Numbered from the stretch's first letter, positions 35,036 to 44,598 are shown. The stretch is DNA of 64,000 nucleotides from Elusimicrobiota bacterium (GCA_031423795.1 JANPGH010000015.1:28006-92005), one strand, 5' to 3'. The notes: generated from the sequence alone by a model not told the origin. A program made the numbers and translations.

Positions 35036-36175
35036 GTGAAGCTCCCCCGCCCCTTGTCCCACTCCTCCATTTCACTCTACAATGAGTGCCCCCAGAAGTA
35101 TAAGTTCAAGTACATAGACAAAATCCCTGAGAAGCCGCGGCACTTCTTCTCGTTCGGCCAAAGCGTCCACCTCGCGCTCGAATTCTTCTACGGCGTCAAA
35201 GAGCCCGTACCCCCTCCGCTTGCCGACTTGCTTAAGAATTACAAGGAAGTGTGGGTATCGGCTGGATATAAGGATCCGGGCCAAGAGATGGAGTATTTCG
35301 CGGAAGGAAAAAGGATACTTCAAGAGTTCCACCTGAAGCATTCGAAGGACTTCCACGTGCCATTTTTCGTCGAGTATGCGTTCACCTTTGAAGTGGAAGG
35401 CGTTCCGGTGACAGGGCGGGTCGATCGCGTGGACAAGTTGCCCGACGGGCGCCTGTCGGTGCTTGATTACAAAACCGGCAAAAAACTCGCGACCGGGCGG
35501 CTGGAAATCGACGCGCAACTCACGATGTACCAATTCGCCTGCGAAAGCCTGCTGGGCGCAGAAGTCGGGGAGTTGGTGTTTTACCACCTTCCGACCTTGA
35601 AGCAACATCGCGCGACTCGGCGTGGACCGGCGCTGGTCGATGAACTCAAAGGCCGCATCGTGACCACCGCTGAATCCATCACCAAGGAAAAATTCGAGCC
35701 GAGGCCGGACGAAGCGGTGTGTCGCTGGTGCGATTACAAGCCGATCTGCCCCATTTTCAAGGATCAATACGCCGGCATGCCCGTGGCGACGGCCAAGGCC
35801 AACGGCGAGCCGGAGTTGGCGGCGTTGGTCGATGAATATGGCGAGGCGTTGGCAGCCGTCGAACTTGCTCGAGGTGCTGCTGACAAGGCGGGAAGCGCAT
35901 TGGCGGCTATGCTCCAAAAAAAGGGCTATGTGCGCGCGTTCGGGGCCGAATACGAAGTCGTCGCCGGGAAGTCGGCGCGATGGGAATTCATCGACAAGAA
36001 AAAAGTCATCGAGATCATCAAGAAGTCCGGCGCCTATGAGAAAGTCCTCGCGCCCTCCGCGCCGCTCGTCAATAAATTGCTCGAAGATAAATCCACCGAT
36101 GCGAACCTGCGCGCCCAGCTCAGCGAACTCGGCGAGCGAATCGAAACCCCGGACCTTAAAATCAAGCCGTTGTGA
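35036..36175 (+). CDS. PD-(D/E)XK nuclease family protein (RecB/Cas4-like with 4-Cys cluster) plus ~130-aa C-terminal helical extension
   Basis: N-terminal SISLYNECPQKYKFKY. Nuclease motifs GRVDRVD and VLDYKTGKK. C-terminal CRWCDYKPICP. Confidence 0.8.
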   Translation: MKLPRPLSHSSISLYNECPQKYKFKYIDKIPEKPRHFFSFGQSVHLALEFFYGVKEPVPPPLADLLKNYKEVWVSAGYKDPGQEMEYFAEGKRILQEFHLKHSKDFHVPFFVEYAFTFEVEGVPVTGRVDRVDKLPDGRLSVLDYKTGKKLATGRLEIDAQLTMYQFACESLLGAEVGELVFYHLPTLKQHRATRRGPALVDELKGRIVTTAESITKEKFEPRPDEAVCRWCDYKPICPIFKDQYAGMPVATAKANGEPELAALVDEYGEALAAVELARGAADKAGSALAAMLQKKGYVRAFGAEYEVVAGKSARWEFIDKKKVIEIIKKSGAYEKVLAPSAPLVNKLLEDKSTDANLRAQLSELGERIETPDLKIKPL

Positions 36176-37641
36176 GAACCCGCGACCTAATCGTCGCGCT
36201 CGATCAAGGTTCCTCCTCCTCGCGCGCGATCTTGTTCGATCTGAAGGGCCGCATTATTACGCAAGTTTCACGTCCGGTTAAGATCCGCCGTCGGCGGGCC
36301 GGCTGGGTCGAGCATGATCCTAAGGAATTGGCGAGCTCGCTCGAGAGCGCTCTCGACGGTGTGCTTGCAAAAACCGTTTCGCGCGACCGCATACTCGGCG
36401 CGGGCATGGCGGTACAGCGTTCGACCATCGTTTTCTGCGATAAAAAAGACTTCCGCGCCATTTCGTCGGCGCCAAGTTGGATGGACGGCCGCGCCACGGA
36501 GATTGTCGCCCCCCTGCAAGAACGGCAAAACGAGATCCATCGCCTGACCGGATTGTATGCGACTCCGTATTACTCGGCGCCGAAAATCCGCTGGTTTCTC
36601 GACAACGATGCGAAGGTGCGAGCATTGGCCGACACTGGACGGCTTCTCTGCCTGCCGGTCTCTTCATACTTGGCCGCGCGCTTGACGCACGGGGCGGTGC
36701 TCGCGGTCGATCCGACCTGCGCCCAGCGCACGCTGCTCATGAACTTAGAGACGATGTCTTGGGATGCAGAACTACTCAAACTATTTGATCTCAACGCAGA
36801 ATTACTTCCGACGATTATGCCATCCGCCGGGGATTGGGGCCAGATCAAGCGCAAAGGGCATCAATTCCCATTGCTTGCTACTGTCGGAGACCAACAATCG
36901 GCGGCCGTCGGCCTGGGTGCGAGGCAGGAGGGCGCAACCGTCATCAATTACGGGACCGGAGCGTTTATCCTGCGCCATACCGGGACAGCTGTTGGACATG
37001 TCGCGGGGCTTTTGTCCTCGTGCGCGCCGACATCCCGAGATCGTCGCGGGTATTTTCTGGAAGGCACGGTCCATGCCGCAGCCACTTCATTTGATTGGTT
37101 GCGCGATAATTTCGGCGCGATGGGCAAAGTATCGACGCTCGACGCGACGATCAAGCGCTCACGGCAGCATGTGCTGATGTTGCCCGCGATCGGCGGTCTG
37201 GGTGCGCCGCGTTGGGATTACCGAACAAAATCAGCTTTCTTTGGCATGGACGCCCAAACCACGAAGGATGACCTCGTCAGGGCAACCGCCGAGGGACTGA
37301 GCATGCTCGTGGCCGGTGTCGCCGCGGCTATGGCTGCGGGCGGTTTTGCGATCGCCGGCGCTCGCGTTTCGGGGGGCCTTTCCCGCGCCGACGCTTTGAT
37401 GGCCCTACAGGCAGATTGTTTAGGGCTGACGTTGCAGCGATGCCGGGACATCGAGGCCACCGCCTTGGGTGCGGCCGTGTTGGCCGCCGAGACCGCCGGA
37501 ATTCCCAATACCGAGGCGATGACCGCTGCGCGCCTGGAAAAGTCTTTTTCCCCGAAACTTGATGAAACGAACCGCCGGCGCCGCCGCAGCGAGTGGACCG
37601 CTTTCGTCGATGCGACGCAAAGACTTAGTCGCGAAATTTAA
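36172..37641 (+). CDS. glpK: glycerol kinase-like FGGY-family carbohydrate kinase
   Basis: N-terminus LIVALDQGSSSSRAILFD...GWVEHDP closely resembles GlpK. 489 aa. GTGA start/stop overlap with the nuclease gene. Confidence 0.75.
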   Translation: MRTRDLIVALDQGSSSSRAILFDLKGRIITQVSRPVKIRRRRAGWVEHDPKELASSLESALDGVLAKTVSRDRILGAGMAVQRSTIVFCDKKDFRAISSAPSWMDGRATEIVAPLQERQNEIHRLTGLYATPYYSAPKIRWFLDNDAKVRALADTGRLLCLPVSSYLAARLTHGAVLAVDPTCAQRTLLMNLETMSWDAELLKLFDLNAELLPTIMPSAGDWGQIKRKGHQFPLLATVGDQQSAAVGLGARQEGATVINYGTGAFILRHTGTAVGHVAGLLSSCAPTSRDRRGYFLEGTVHAAATSFDWLRDNFGAMGKVSTLDATIKRSRQHVLMLPAIGGLGAPRWDYRTKSAFFGMDAQTTKDDLVRATAEGLSMLVAGVAAAMAAGGFAIAGARVSGGLSRADALMALQADCLGLTLQRCRDIEATALGAAVLAAETAGIPNTEAMTAARLEKSFSPKLDETNRRRRRSEWTAFVDATQRLSREI

Positions 37642-38148
37642 CTATGGCCCGCCTTCTCCGTCCCAGGGCAAGGATTTGGGATCGTTCTTAGGATTGCGCC
37701 AAATTGGATCAAGCATCCAAACATTTGCATAGCCGAGTAGAGCGATTTGCGGCAGTGCGACATCCGTGAGAGAGACCATCCGAGTCGGCATGATCGAATT
37801 CGTACAGTAGACGACGATATGCGTCTTCCGATCAGGCGCGACGGTAGACAGAAGTTCCGCGGTGATGTCGGAGCCTAAATGGATGGCGCCAGTGACATGG
37901 CCGAGCTTGTAACTTTCGAGTGGTCTCAGATCCGCCACGATGACTTCAGGTTTTTTGCGAATTTTGAGAAATTCAGACAGCGAAACCGTATGTTTCTTGT
38001 AATCGAATGCTGAGACGAAACGCGCGTATTCTTTCGAATCAACTGGAATCGGTTGATTTTGCTTCTTGTCATCGTGATCGCCCGTAAATGCCTCCGTCGT
38101 CATAAAAATAACGCTGATAATGGCAAGAAACCGAGAGAACGCCGTCAT
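37642..38148 (-). CDS. exported rhodanese-domain sulfurtransferase-like protein
   Basis: Signal peptide. Rhodanese pattern VIVADLRPLESYKLGHVTGAIHL and active-site loop VVYCTNS. Visibly lower GC than its neighbours. Confidence 0.75.
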   Translation of the reverse strand: MTAFSRFLAIISVIFMTTEAFTGDHDDKKQNQPIPVDSKEYARFVSAFDYKKHTVSLSEFLKIRKKPEVIVADLRPLESYKLGHVTGAIHLGSDITAELLSTVAPDRKTHIVVYCTNSIMPTRMVSLTDVALPQIALLGYANVWMLDPIWRNPKNDPKSLPWDGEGGP

Positions 38149-38816
38149 GAAGCGTCCGCGGCGAGCTTGAGGCGAGCGATCAGACGGTCGTAATCCAAGC
38201 CGTCCAAGCTCGAGAGCTCAAAATCAGCCGCAGAAAGGTCCTGCGCACCGTTGTGCGTGGAGCGGAAGGCGGCGACGCGCATGCCGGCGCGCTTGGCGGC
38301 GAGCAGGCCGATCGCGGAGTCCTCGATCGCGAGGCATTCAGCAGTGGGAATCTGCAGCCGCGCGGCGGCTTCCAAATAAATGTCGGGAAGCGGCTTCGTT
38401 TTTCCACCCACGTCATCGGCGGAAACGATCTCATCCAATAAGGGCGAGAGGCTGAACCGATCGATTACCAGAGAAATCCAGCGCGATGGCGCCGACGAGG
38501 CGATTGCGGTACGGATGCCGCGATGTTTGAGGCCGAGCGCCAAGGCAATAAATCCGTCGGCCAGTTCCGCGTGCTGGAGATAGACTTTTCTAGCGACTTC
38601 TTCGTTGCGCTGCATGTATTCCGATTTGCCTAACGTTAAGCCGAATTCGCGCACCAGGTAGTAATAGACGTCTTCCACACCCATGCCGACGATATGCTCA
38701 TGATGATGTTCGCGCCAGGTCGGGATCGTCGCATGGAAGAATTCGTATTCCAGGACCTTCCATTGAGCTTCGGAATCAACGATCACGCCGTCCATATCGA
38801 AAATGACGGCTTTCAT
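38145..38816 (-). CDS. HAD-superfamily hydrolase (beta-phosphoglucomutase/phosphatase subfamily IA)
   Basis: Motif I AVIFDMDGVIVDSE. Motif II ASSAP. Motif III-IV GKTKPLPDIYL...IEDSAIGLLAAKRAGM. ATG 38816 forms an ATGA overlap with the upstream stop. Confidence 0.88.
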   Translation of the reverse strand: MKAVIFDMDGVIVDSEAQWKVLEYEFFHATIPTWREHHHEHIVGMGVEDVYYYLVREFGLTLGKSEYMQRNEEVARKVYLQHAELADGFIALALGLKHRGIRTAIASSAPSRWISLVIDRFSLSPLLDEIVSADDVGGKTKPLPDIYLEAAARLQIPTAECLAIEDSAIGLLAAKRAGMRVAAFRSTHNGAQDLSAADFELSSLDGLDYDRLIARLKLAADAS

Positions 38817-40186
38817 GCGCGAGCTTGTGATAAAGACTGGATATGGGCGAGCACCCGGAGGTGGATGCGATGGATGACAAAGTCCGACCAGGGACGCCAG
38901 TACCAAGAAGGGCGGATTCCGTGGCGGTACCAAGTGGTGCCGGTGAGGCGAGTTCGTCCGCCGGGAAGCGGCACTAGCTCGAACTGCCCCCCCTCGGAAA
39001 CGAGAAAGCCGTCGAGATGCGCCGGACGCAGGTCTGGATACCAGCTCGACCCCCGCATCGGCGCAGGTTGGGAAATGACCGAGAATTTAAGTAGCCGAGG
39101 TTCATCCCAGACCGTGATCGGCTCGATGAATGGACCGGTAGTGAATTCGCAGTGGCGGACGGCGCCCACTCCCCGGCCGGCAATCGTCGCGCGCAATGGA
39201 TAGGCGAAGCCGAGCCGGAAAATCCAATGCGACGGCGCGGGCAAGTCTGAGAAGGCGACCACATTGCCCCAGACCGTTTCCGGCGGTGCGGCAATATCTA
39301 TCGACGTCCGGACCGGTAGAGTTCGATCGGAAATATGATCGACGCTTTCAGCTCCAATTAGGGCCGGAAGGCCACCGAGCATAAGTATGAGTACTGCCAA
39401 CGCGCCGTGCGGGTGGCGTGGGAGCTTTTGAATCATATACCCCAGAGATCCGCCCATTAAGGCCAAAGGGAATGCCAGAGGCACCGCCATTGCCAGGCAA
39501 ACTACGCCCTCCACCGCGGCGAAGAACAAAACGAGACCCGCCACGTACACCGTCATGAACCCGACTGCGATGCAGTCCCCCCAAGTTCGCGGCTCATGGT
39601 AACCGTGGATAACAGCGGCCAAAAGACCAAGACAAAAAGGAAGACCGATAAACAGTCCCGTTCCATAACCACGTGTAAGCTTAGTAGCGAAGAGCGTGAG
39701 AGCCAGAGTGATGGCCGATCCCAACCCAACGGCCAGGATTGCGCTGCCCATGCGCGATCGAGGCATTACACGGTCCAAGTATGTGTGATTGGGCTCTCGA
39801 CTATCAGCGGAGGCGGGGAGAATCGATAAAAGTAGAAAGAAAATCAAATTCAACACCGGAATGAAAAAGAGTGCGACGAGAGAGGTCGGGAGTCCGATGG
39901 ATCGGAGTCGACGTAGCGTCAGTACTACTCCTGTCCATATGAACGGCAGTGTGATCGCGACCATTACTGCGTAAAAGGAGCCATGCCCAGGCGTCGGATC
40001 GAGGCGCGGGGTGTGAAGATAATGCGCAAGAACCGACCAGGAGCGGCCGAAAGCCAAACCCGCTACCAAGCGCTCGATATTGTATTTAAGCGCCATCAGC
40101 GTAAAACCGATGGCCAGATAAGGCCATCGGTCGATCTCGCCATCGGCGGTCCAGAGGTCGCGAGTTTTGAATGTGTAAGGGATCAT
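38813..40186 (-). CDS. polytopic membrane protein (DUF805-like N-terminus) fused to a C-terminal SRPBCC ligand-binding domain
   Basis: 457 aa. ~8 TM helices including LTLRRLRSIGLPTSLVALFFIPVLNLIFFLLL. C-terminal ~150 aa soluble domain IDIAAPPETVWGNVVAFSDL...EFTTGPFIEPITVWDEP resembles SRPBCC/polyketide-cyclase-like proteins. Confidence 0.6.
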   Translation of the reverse strand: MIPYTFKTRDLWTADGEIDRWPYLAIGFTLMALKYNIERLVAGLAFGRSWSVLAHYLHTPRLDPTPGHGSFYAVMVAITLPFIWTGVVLTLRRLRSIGLPTSLVALFFIPVLNLIFFLLLSILPASADSREPNHTYLDRVMPRSRMGSAILAVGLGSAITLALTLFATKLTRGYGTGLFIGLPFCLGLLAAVIHGYHEPRTWGDCIAVGFMTVYVAGLVLFFAAVEGVVCLAMAVPLAFPLALMGGSLGYMIQKLPRHPHGALAVLILMLGGLPALIGAESVDHISDRTLPVRTSIDIAAPPETVWGNVVAFSDLPAPSHWIFRLGFAYPLRATIAGRGVGAVRHCEFTTGPFIEPITVWDEPRLLKFSVISQPAPMRGSSWYPDLRPAHLDGFLVSEGGQFELVPLPGGRTRLTGTTWYRHGIRPSWYWRPWSDFVIHRIHLRVLAHIQSLSQARA

Positions 40187-41941
40187 CTAGGAGTCAACGG
40201 TTTCCAGTTGTTGATAGCGGGTCAACGTGGCATAAACGCCGTTCTTGGCGAGAAGTTCCGAATGCGTACCCGCTTCCTCGATGCGACCGGTGCGCATGAC
40301 GATAATGCGGTCGGCCTTTTGCACAGTTGAAAGCCGATGGGCGATCATCACGACCGTTCGTCCCGGGAATAATCGCTCCATCGCGCCTTGTACCGCGCGT
40401 TCGCTGGCAGCGTCGAGATTTGACGTTGCCTCGTCCAAAATCAACAATTTCGGATTTTTCAAGACGGCGCGTGCGATTGCCAGGCGCTGACGCTGGCCGC
40501 CGGACAGGCGCGCTCCACGATCGCCGAGGGGCGTGTCCATGCCTTGGGGAAATTGGCTGACGAAATCCATCGCGTCGGCCACGCGCAGGGCGCCCTCGAC
40601 GTCAGTGCGGGACGCCCCCTCCTTGCCGATCGCCACATTTCCAAGCACCGTGTCGTTGAAGAGTATCGTTTCCTGGGAAACCAGGCCGATGCGCGCGCGC
40701 AGCTCATTTGAGTTCATCTCACGTAGGTCTATGCCGTCGATGGTGATTCGGCCCTCGATGGGATCGAACAGGCGCAGCAGCAGATGGACGAACGTAGTTT
40801 TGCCGGAGCCCGAAGGACCCGCCAATGCCACGACTTCTCCGGGGGCGATGGTGAGGCTGACGTCATGCAGCGCCCAGGTGTCCCGCCCAGGATAGCGGAA
40901 GGAGACGCGGTCGAAGACTATTCCGCGGTTGAGCGACGGGAACATGACGGGCGAATTCGGTTCTACGACTGATGGGACCTCATCGAGCACCGAGAAGATG
41001 CGATCGGCGGCGGCCAGCCCCAGCTGCAGTGTTGCGTTCATTTGTGCGAGGTTCTTAATCGGTCCGTAGGCCATGAAAAAGCAGCCGAGAAATACGGCAA
41101 AATGTCCCGGCGTCATCACGCCCGCACCGATTTGGCGTCCGCCGAGATAGACGATGGCGGCCATGATCAAGGAGCCAAGAAACTCCATCAAGGGGCCCGA
41201 CAGCGCGGTCGCCCGGAAGTAACGCATCATCTGATAGAAGAATTCGTCGTTCTCCCGTCGGAATTTCTCGATCGAGCCCTTTTCATAGTTGAAGGACTTG
41301 ACCACGAGCATGCCTTGCAGGCTTTCCTGGAAACGGTGGTAGATTTCGCCCATCACTTCCTGTCCGCGGCGCCCCGCCGCGCGGAGTTTTCGCCCCAGGA
41401 CGCCGAGGACCCCCCCCGCCATCGGGATCGCGAGCAATGCGATCATCGCGAACTTCGGATTGGTGTAAACCATGACGCTTAAGACCACCACGATGGTCAA
41501 GGAGTCGCGGATCGCGTAAAGTGGAACGAATTGCATCGCCGACTGCAGCGCCGTCATGTCATTGGTAAGCTTGGCGAGCACCTCGCCGCCTTTGCTCTTC
41601 CAAAAGAAATCCATTGAGAGCTTGTGCAAATGAGTGAACAAGTCTTCGCGTATTTCCTGTGTGATGCGCTGCCCCAGCCAGCTCATCAGGTAGCTTTGCA
41701 TGTATTGAAAGACGAGTTTTAGGAAGAATACCGCCGGGATCAGCATCGCCACCCGGATCAATTTCTGAGGATCGGCGTTGGCTCCTCCGAACAGCGCGCT
41801 CGACACCGGATCGAGCACTTTGACCATCGCTCCGTTGAGCGCGGCGACCACGCACATCACGGCGACCGCCTGCGCCAGTCGCGCGCGGTGCGGTCGGACG
41901 TAGGCGACGATGCGCTTGATCGAGGCGCGGTCTCGATTCAT
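40187..41941 (-). CDS. ABC exporter, fused permease/ATPase (MsbA/lipid-A-flippase-like type)
   Basis: Six-TM ABC_membrane domain. Walker [10 protein letters not shown], signature LSGGQRQRLAIARA, Walker B LILDEATS. ATG 41941 forms an ATGA overlap. The ORF-track extension to 42184 is rejected. Confidence 0.9.
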   Translation of the reverse strand: MNRDRASIKRIVAYVRPHRARLAQAVAVMCVVAALNGAMVKVLDPVSSALFGGANADPQKLIRVAMLIPAVFFLKLVFQYMQSYLMSWLGQRITQEIREDLFTHLHKLSMDFFWKSKGGEVLAKLTNDMTALQSAMQFVPLYAIRDSLTIVVVLSVMVYTNPKFAMIALLAIPMAGGVLGVLGRKLRAAGRRGQEVMGEIYHRFQESLQGMLVVKSFNYEKGSIEKFRRENDEFFYQMMRYFRATALSGPLMEFLGSLIMAAIVYLGGRQIGAGVMTPGHFAVFLGCFFMAYGPIKNLAQMNATLQLGLAAADRIFSVLDEVPSVVEPNSPVMFPSLNRGIVFDRVSFRYPGRDTWALHDVSLTIAPGEVVALAGPSGSGKTTFVHLLLRLFDPIEGRITIDGIDLREMNSNELRARIGLVSQETILFNDTVLGNVAIGKEGASRTDVEGALRVADAMDFVSQFPQGMDTPLGDRGARLSGGQRQRLAIARAVLKNPKLLILDEATSNLDAASERAVQGAMERLFPGRTVVMIAHRLSTVQKADRIIVMRTGRIEEAGTHSELLAKNGVYATLTRYQQLETVDS

Positions 41942-43122
41942 CGCGCGTTCGGAGCGGCGACGGACGCAAGCCCACTGCGGATGCCCGCAAGCGCCGTTTC
42001 GATGTTCGTAACGGAATTTGCGTAGGAGAGCCGAAGATAACCCTCGCCGAAGGAGCCGAACGCGGATCCCGGGAGGCACGCCACTCCGGCATTCTCCAGC
42101 AGCATGTCGCTTAAGTCTTTCGAGTTCCACCCTGTGGCCATTATGTTCGGGAATACGTAGAAAGAGGCCGACGGCGTCAGGCACTTGATTCCCGGGATCG
42201 CGTTCAAGCCTTTAACGATGAGATCGCGGCGTTGGCGCAACTCCGCGACCATAGCAGTTACCGCGTCCTGCGGCCCCGTCAACGCCTCGATTCCCGCGAT
42301 CTGGGCAAAAGAGGCCACGCAGGAGTGGTCGTTGGTGGCAATCTTGGCCATCGCGTCGATCAGCCAACGCGGCCCGACGCCGTAGCCGAGACGCCACCCG
42401 GTCATCGCCCAGGTTTTCGAAAATCCATCAAGGATAACGCAGCGTTCCTTCATTCCCGGCAACGCGGCGATCGACCGGTGAGTTCCCGAATAAACGACCC
42501 GCGAGTAAATTTCATCGCTCAAGACCATGACGTCGGGAAAGCGCTTTAGCGCGGCCGCGACACGTTCCATCGTCGAGTCGGCCATCACGCCACCCGTCGG
42601 ATTAGCCGGCGAGTTTAAAATCACGAGTTTCGTCTTAGATGTAAGCAGTCGTTCAAATTCTGTGGGATCGAAATCGAAAGCGGCTGACTCGCGCAACGGC
42701 AGTGGGACGGCCGTGCCGCCCGCGTAATTAATCATCGATTCATAAATCGGGAATCCGGGATTGGGATAGATGACCTCGTCGCCGGGGTTAATCAAGGCCA
42801 GGAGCATAAAGAAGATGATCGGCTTCCCGCCGGGAGTCAGGAGTGTTTCTTCCGGGGCGATCTTCATCCCGCGTGACCGAGACACGTATTCGGCGACGGC
42901 TTTGCGCGCTACAGGTAAGCCGTGCGCAGGGCCGTAGCGGGTCCAGCCATCGTCCAGTGCTTTTTTCCCGGCGTCCCGGATATTTTTCGGAGTCGGAAAG
43001 TCCGGTTCCCCGATTTCCAGATGGACGATATCGCGGCCGGTGGCTTCGAGCGCGCGGGCGCGGGCCAACATTTCAAATGCAGTCTCGCTGCCCAGCCGCG
43101 AGAAACTTTCCGCCAGTCTCAT
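41938..43122 (-). CDS. class I/II pyridoxal-phosphate-dependent aminotransferase (aspartate/aromatic aminotransferase-like)
   Basis: 394 aa. Motifs PNPGFPIY, NSPANPTG, SDEIYSR, GFSKTWAMTGWRLGY (PLP lysine). Confidence 0.9.
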   Translation of the reverse strand: MRLAESFSRLGSETAFEMLARARALEATGRDIVHLEIGEPDFPTPKNIRDAGKKALDDGWTRYGPAHGLPVARKAVAEYVSRSRGMKIAPEETLLTPGGKPIIFFMLLALINPGDEVIYPNPGFPIYESMINYAGGTAVPLPLRESAAFDFDPTEFERLLTSKTKLVILNSPANPTGGVMADSTMERVAAALKRFPDVMVLSDEIYSRVVYSGTHRSIAALPGMKERCVILDGFSKTWAMTGWRLGYGVGPRWLIDAMAKIATNDHSCVASFAQIAGIEALTGPQDAVTAMVAELRQRRDLIVKGLNAIPGIKCLTPSASFYVFPNIMATGWNSKDLSDMLLENAGVACLPGSAFGSFGEGYLRLSYANSVTNIETALAGIRSGLASVAAPNAR

Positions 43123-43128
43123 TATTCC

Positions 43129-43137
43129 ATTCTAGCA
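43129..43137 (-). promoter_or_regulatory. extended -10 element TGcTAGAAT 6 nt upstream of the aminotransferase ATG (leaderless-type)
   Basis: The minus strand reads TGCTAGAAT-ggaata-ATG (ATG at 43122). Confidence 0.5.
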
Positions 43138-43202
43138 TTCGCTCCGGCGAGCGAGCATGAGAATAGGTATAATCGTAATTCGACTTGAATATAACGGATC
43201 GC

Positions 43203-43982
43203 ATGAAAGAACCTCTCGTCGTCGCTGAGAAACAAGGGGCGGTCGGATTCATCAGGATAAACCGACCGCAGGCGTTGAACGCGCTCTCGGCGCCATTGAT
43301 GAAGGCGCTCAACGCCGCGCGGGAAGCCTTCGACGTGGATGACTCGGTCCAGGTGATAGTGATTGCCGGCTGCGAGCGCGCTTTCGCCGCCGGAGCCGAT
43401 GTCGCCGAAATGGCCGCAATCAAGAATTCTGGCGAGGCGCAGGCCCTTTTGGCGGATCATCTTGCGCGTTGGGACGCGTTGGCGCGCAGCCGTAAACCCA
43501 CGATTGCGGCGGTCTCCGGCTTCGCACTTGGTGGCGGCTTGGAATTGGCGATGGCCTGCGACGTGATTATCGCAGCACACTCGGCGGTCTTCGGGATGCC
43601 GGAGGCACTGATCGGGGTCATACCCGGCGCCGGCGGGGTGCGGCGTTTGACCGCGGCCGTGGGACGAGCGTTGGCCATTGACATGCTTCTCACTGGTCGC
43701 CGATTGAACGCGCAAGAGGCGTTGGCGGCGGGACTGGTGTCTCGGGTGGTTGCGACCGACGAGCTCCTGCCCCAGGCGCTGATGATCGCAGGTGATATCG
43801 CCAAAGCGCCGGCTTTGGCGGTTCGAGCGATTAAAGCGGCCTCCGTCATGGCCTCGGGCCAGTCAGAAGACGCGTTGGCCCAAGAACGTTGCCTCTTTTA
43901 CGAACTTTTCGACACGGCCGACCAAAAAGAAGGTATGAGAGCCTTCCTCGAGAAACGGCCCGCTAAATTCAGCAGCCGATAA
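43203..43982 (+). CDS. enoyl-CoA hydratase/isomerase family protein
   Basis: Crotonase motifs FAAGADVAEM and AVSGFALGGGLELAMACD. I prefer ATG 43203. The ORF-track start is TTG 43185. Confidence 0.9.
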   Translation: MKEPLVVAEKQGAVGFIRINRPQALNALSAPLMKALNAAREAFDVDDSVQVIVIAGCERAFAAGADVAEMAAIKNSGEAQALLADHLARWDALARSRKPTIAAVSGFALGGGLELAMACDVIIAAHSAVFGMPEALIGVIPGAGGVRRLTAAVGRALAIDMLLTGRRLNAQEALAAGLVSRVVATDELLPQALMIAGDIAKAPALAVRAIKAASVMASGQSEDALAQERCLFYELFDTADQKEGMRAFLEKRPAKFSSR

Positions 43983-43992
43983 AGGCCGCGGA

Positions 43993-44598
43993 TCAGCGTC
44001 CGAAGTATTCCAACATCGCCGCTCCGACCGCCTTGGCGACCGCATGCTCGTCAAGCGGCTTGCGCAGTAATTGGTGCAGCGAGGTCATCGCGTCGGACTC
44101 GAGCTTGCAGGGGTGAATCAGCCGAAACGGGGCGAGACTGTTGTTGACGTTCAGCGCAAATCCATGATAGGCGACACCGGAGCGCACCGCAATTCCAATG
44201 GAGGCGATTTTCTTGCGACCGACCCAGAGTCCAGTGAAGCCTTTGACGGTTTGGGCGGCGATACCGAAAGGGCGCAACGCCTCGATTAAGACAGCTTCCA
44301 ACGCATGCAAATACGAGCGCGGTCTTAATCCATGGTCGACGAGACACAGTATCGGGTATCCCACCAGCTGGCCGGGGCCGTGGTACGTAAGATCTCCACC
44401 CCTTTCAACTTTATGGACCGGATAGGGAAGATCAGCGGGAACGGCCTGTTTACTGGAGCGACCAATCGTGTACACGGCCGGATGTTGGCACAGGAGCACG
44501 GTGTCTGGCGCATCGCCTTGCGCGCGGTCAAATACCAGCTTGCGCTGCAGGTTCCAGACCTCGACGTAGTCCTTCAGCCCGAGGTCGCGGACCAACAT
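43993..44598 (-). CDS. lipB: lipoyl(octanoyl) transferase
   Basis: Motifs CQHPAVYTIG, VERGGDLTYHGPGQLVGYPI, RKIASIGI. Confidence 0.92.
   Translation of the reverse strand: MLVRDLGLKDYVEVWNLQRKLVFDRAQGDAPDTVLLCQHPAVYTIGRSSKQAVPADLPYPVHKVERGGDLTYHGPGQLVGYPILCLVDHGLRPRSYLHALEAVLIEALRPFGIAAQTVKGFTGLWVGRKKIASIGIAVRSGVAYHGFALNVNNSLAPFRLIHPCKLESDAMTSLHQLLRKPLDEHAVAKAVGAAMLEYFGR

Noticed and set aside
43168-43195. A perfect TATAAT at 43168..43173 and a TATAAC at 43190..43195 upstream of the enoyl-CoA hydratase gene.
   Set aside because: The assignment is ambiguous. The first would make TTG 43185 a leaderless start, and TTG is a poor leaderless codon. The second lacks the conserved final T. The start and promoter are left unresolved.
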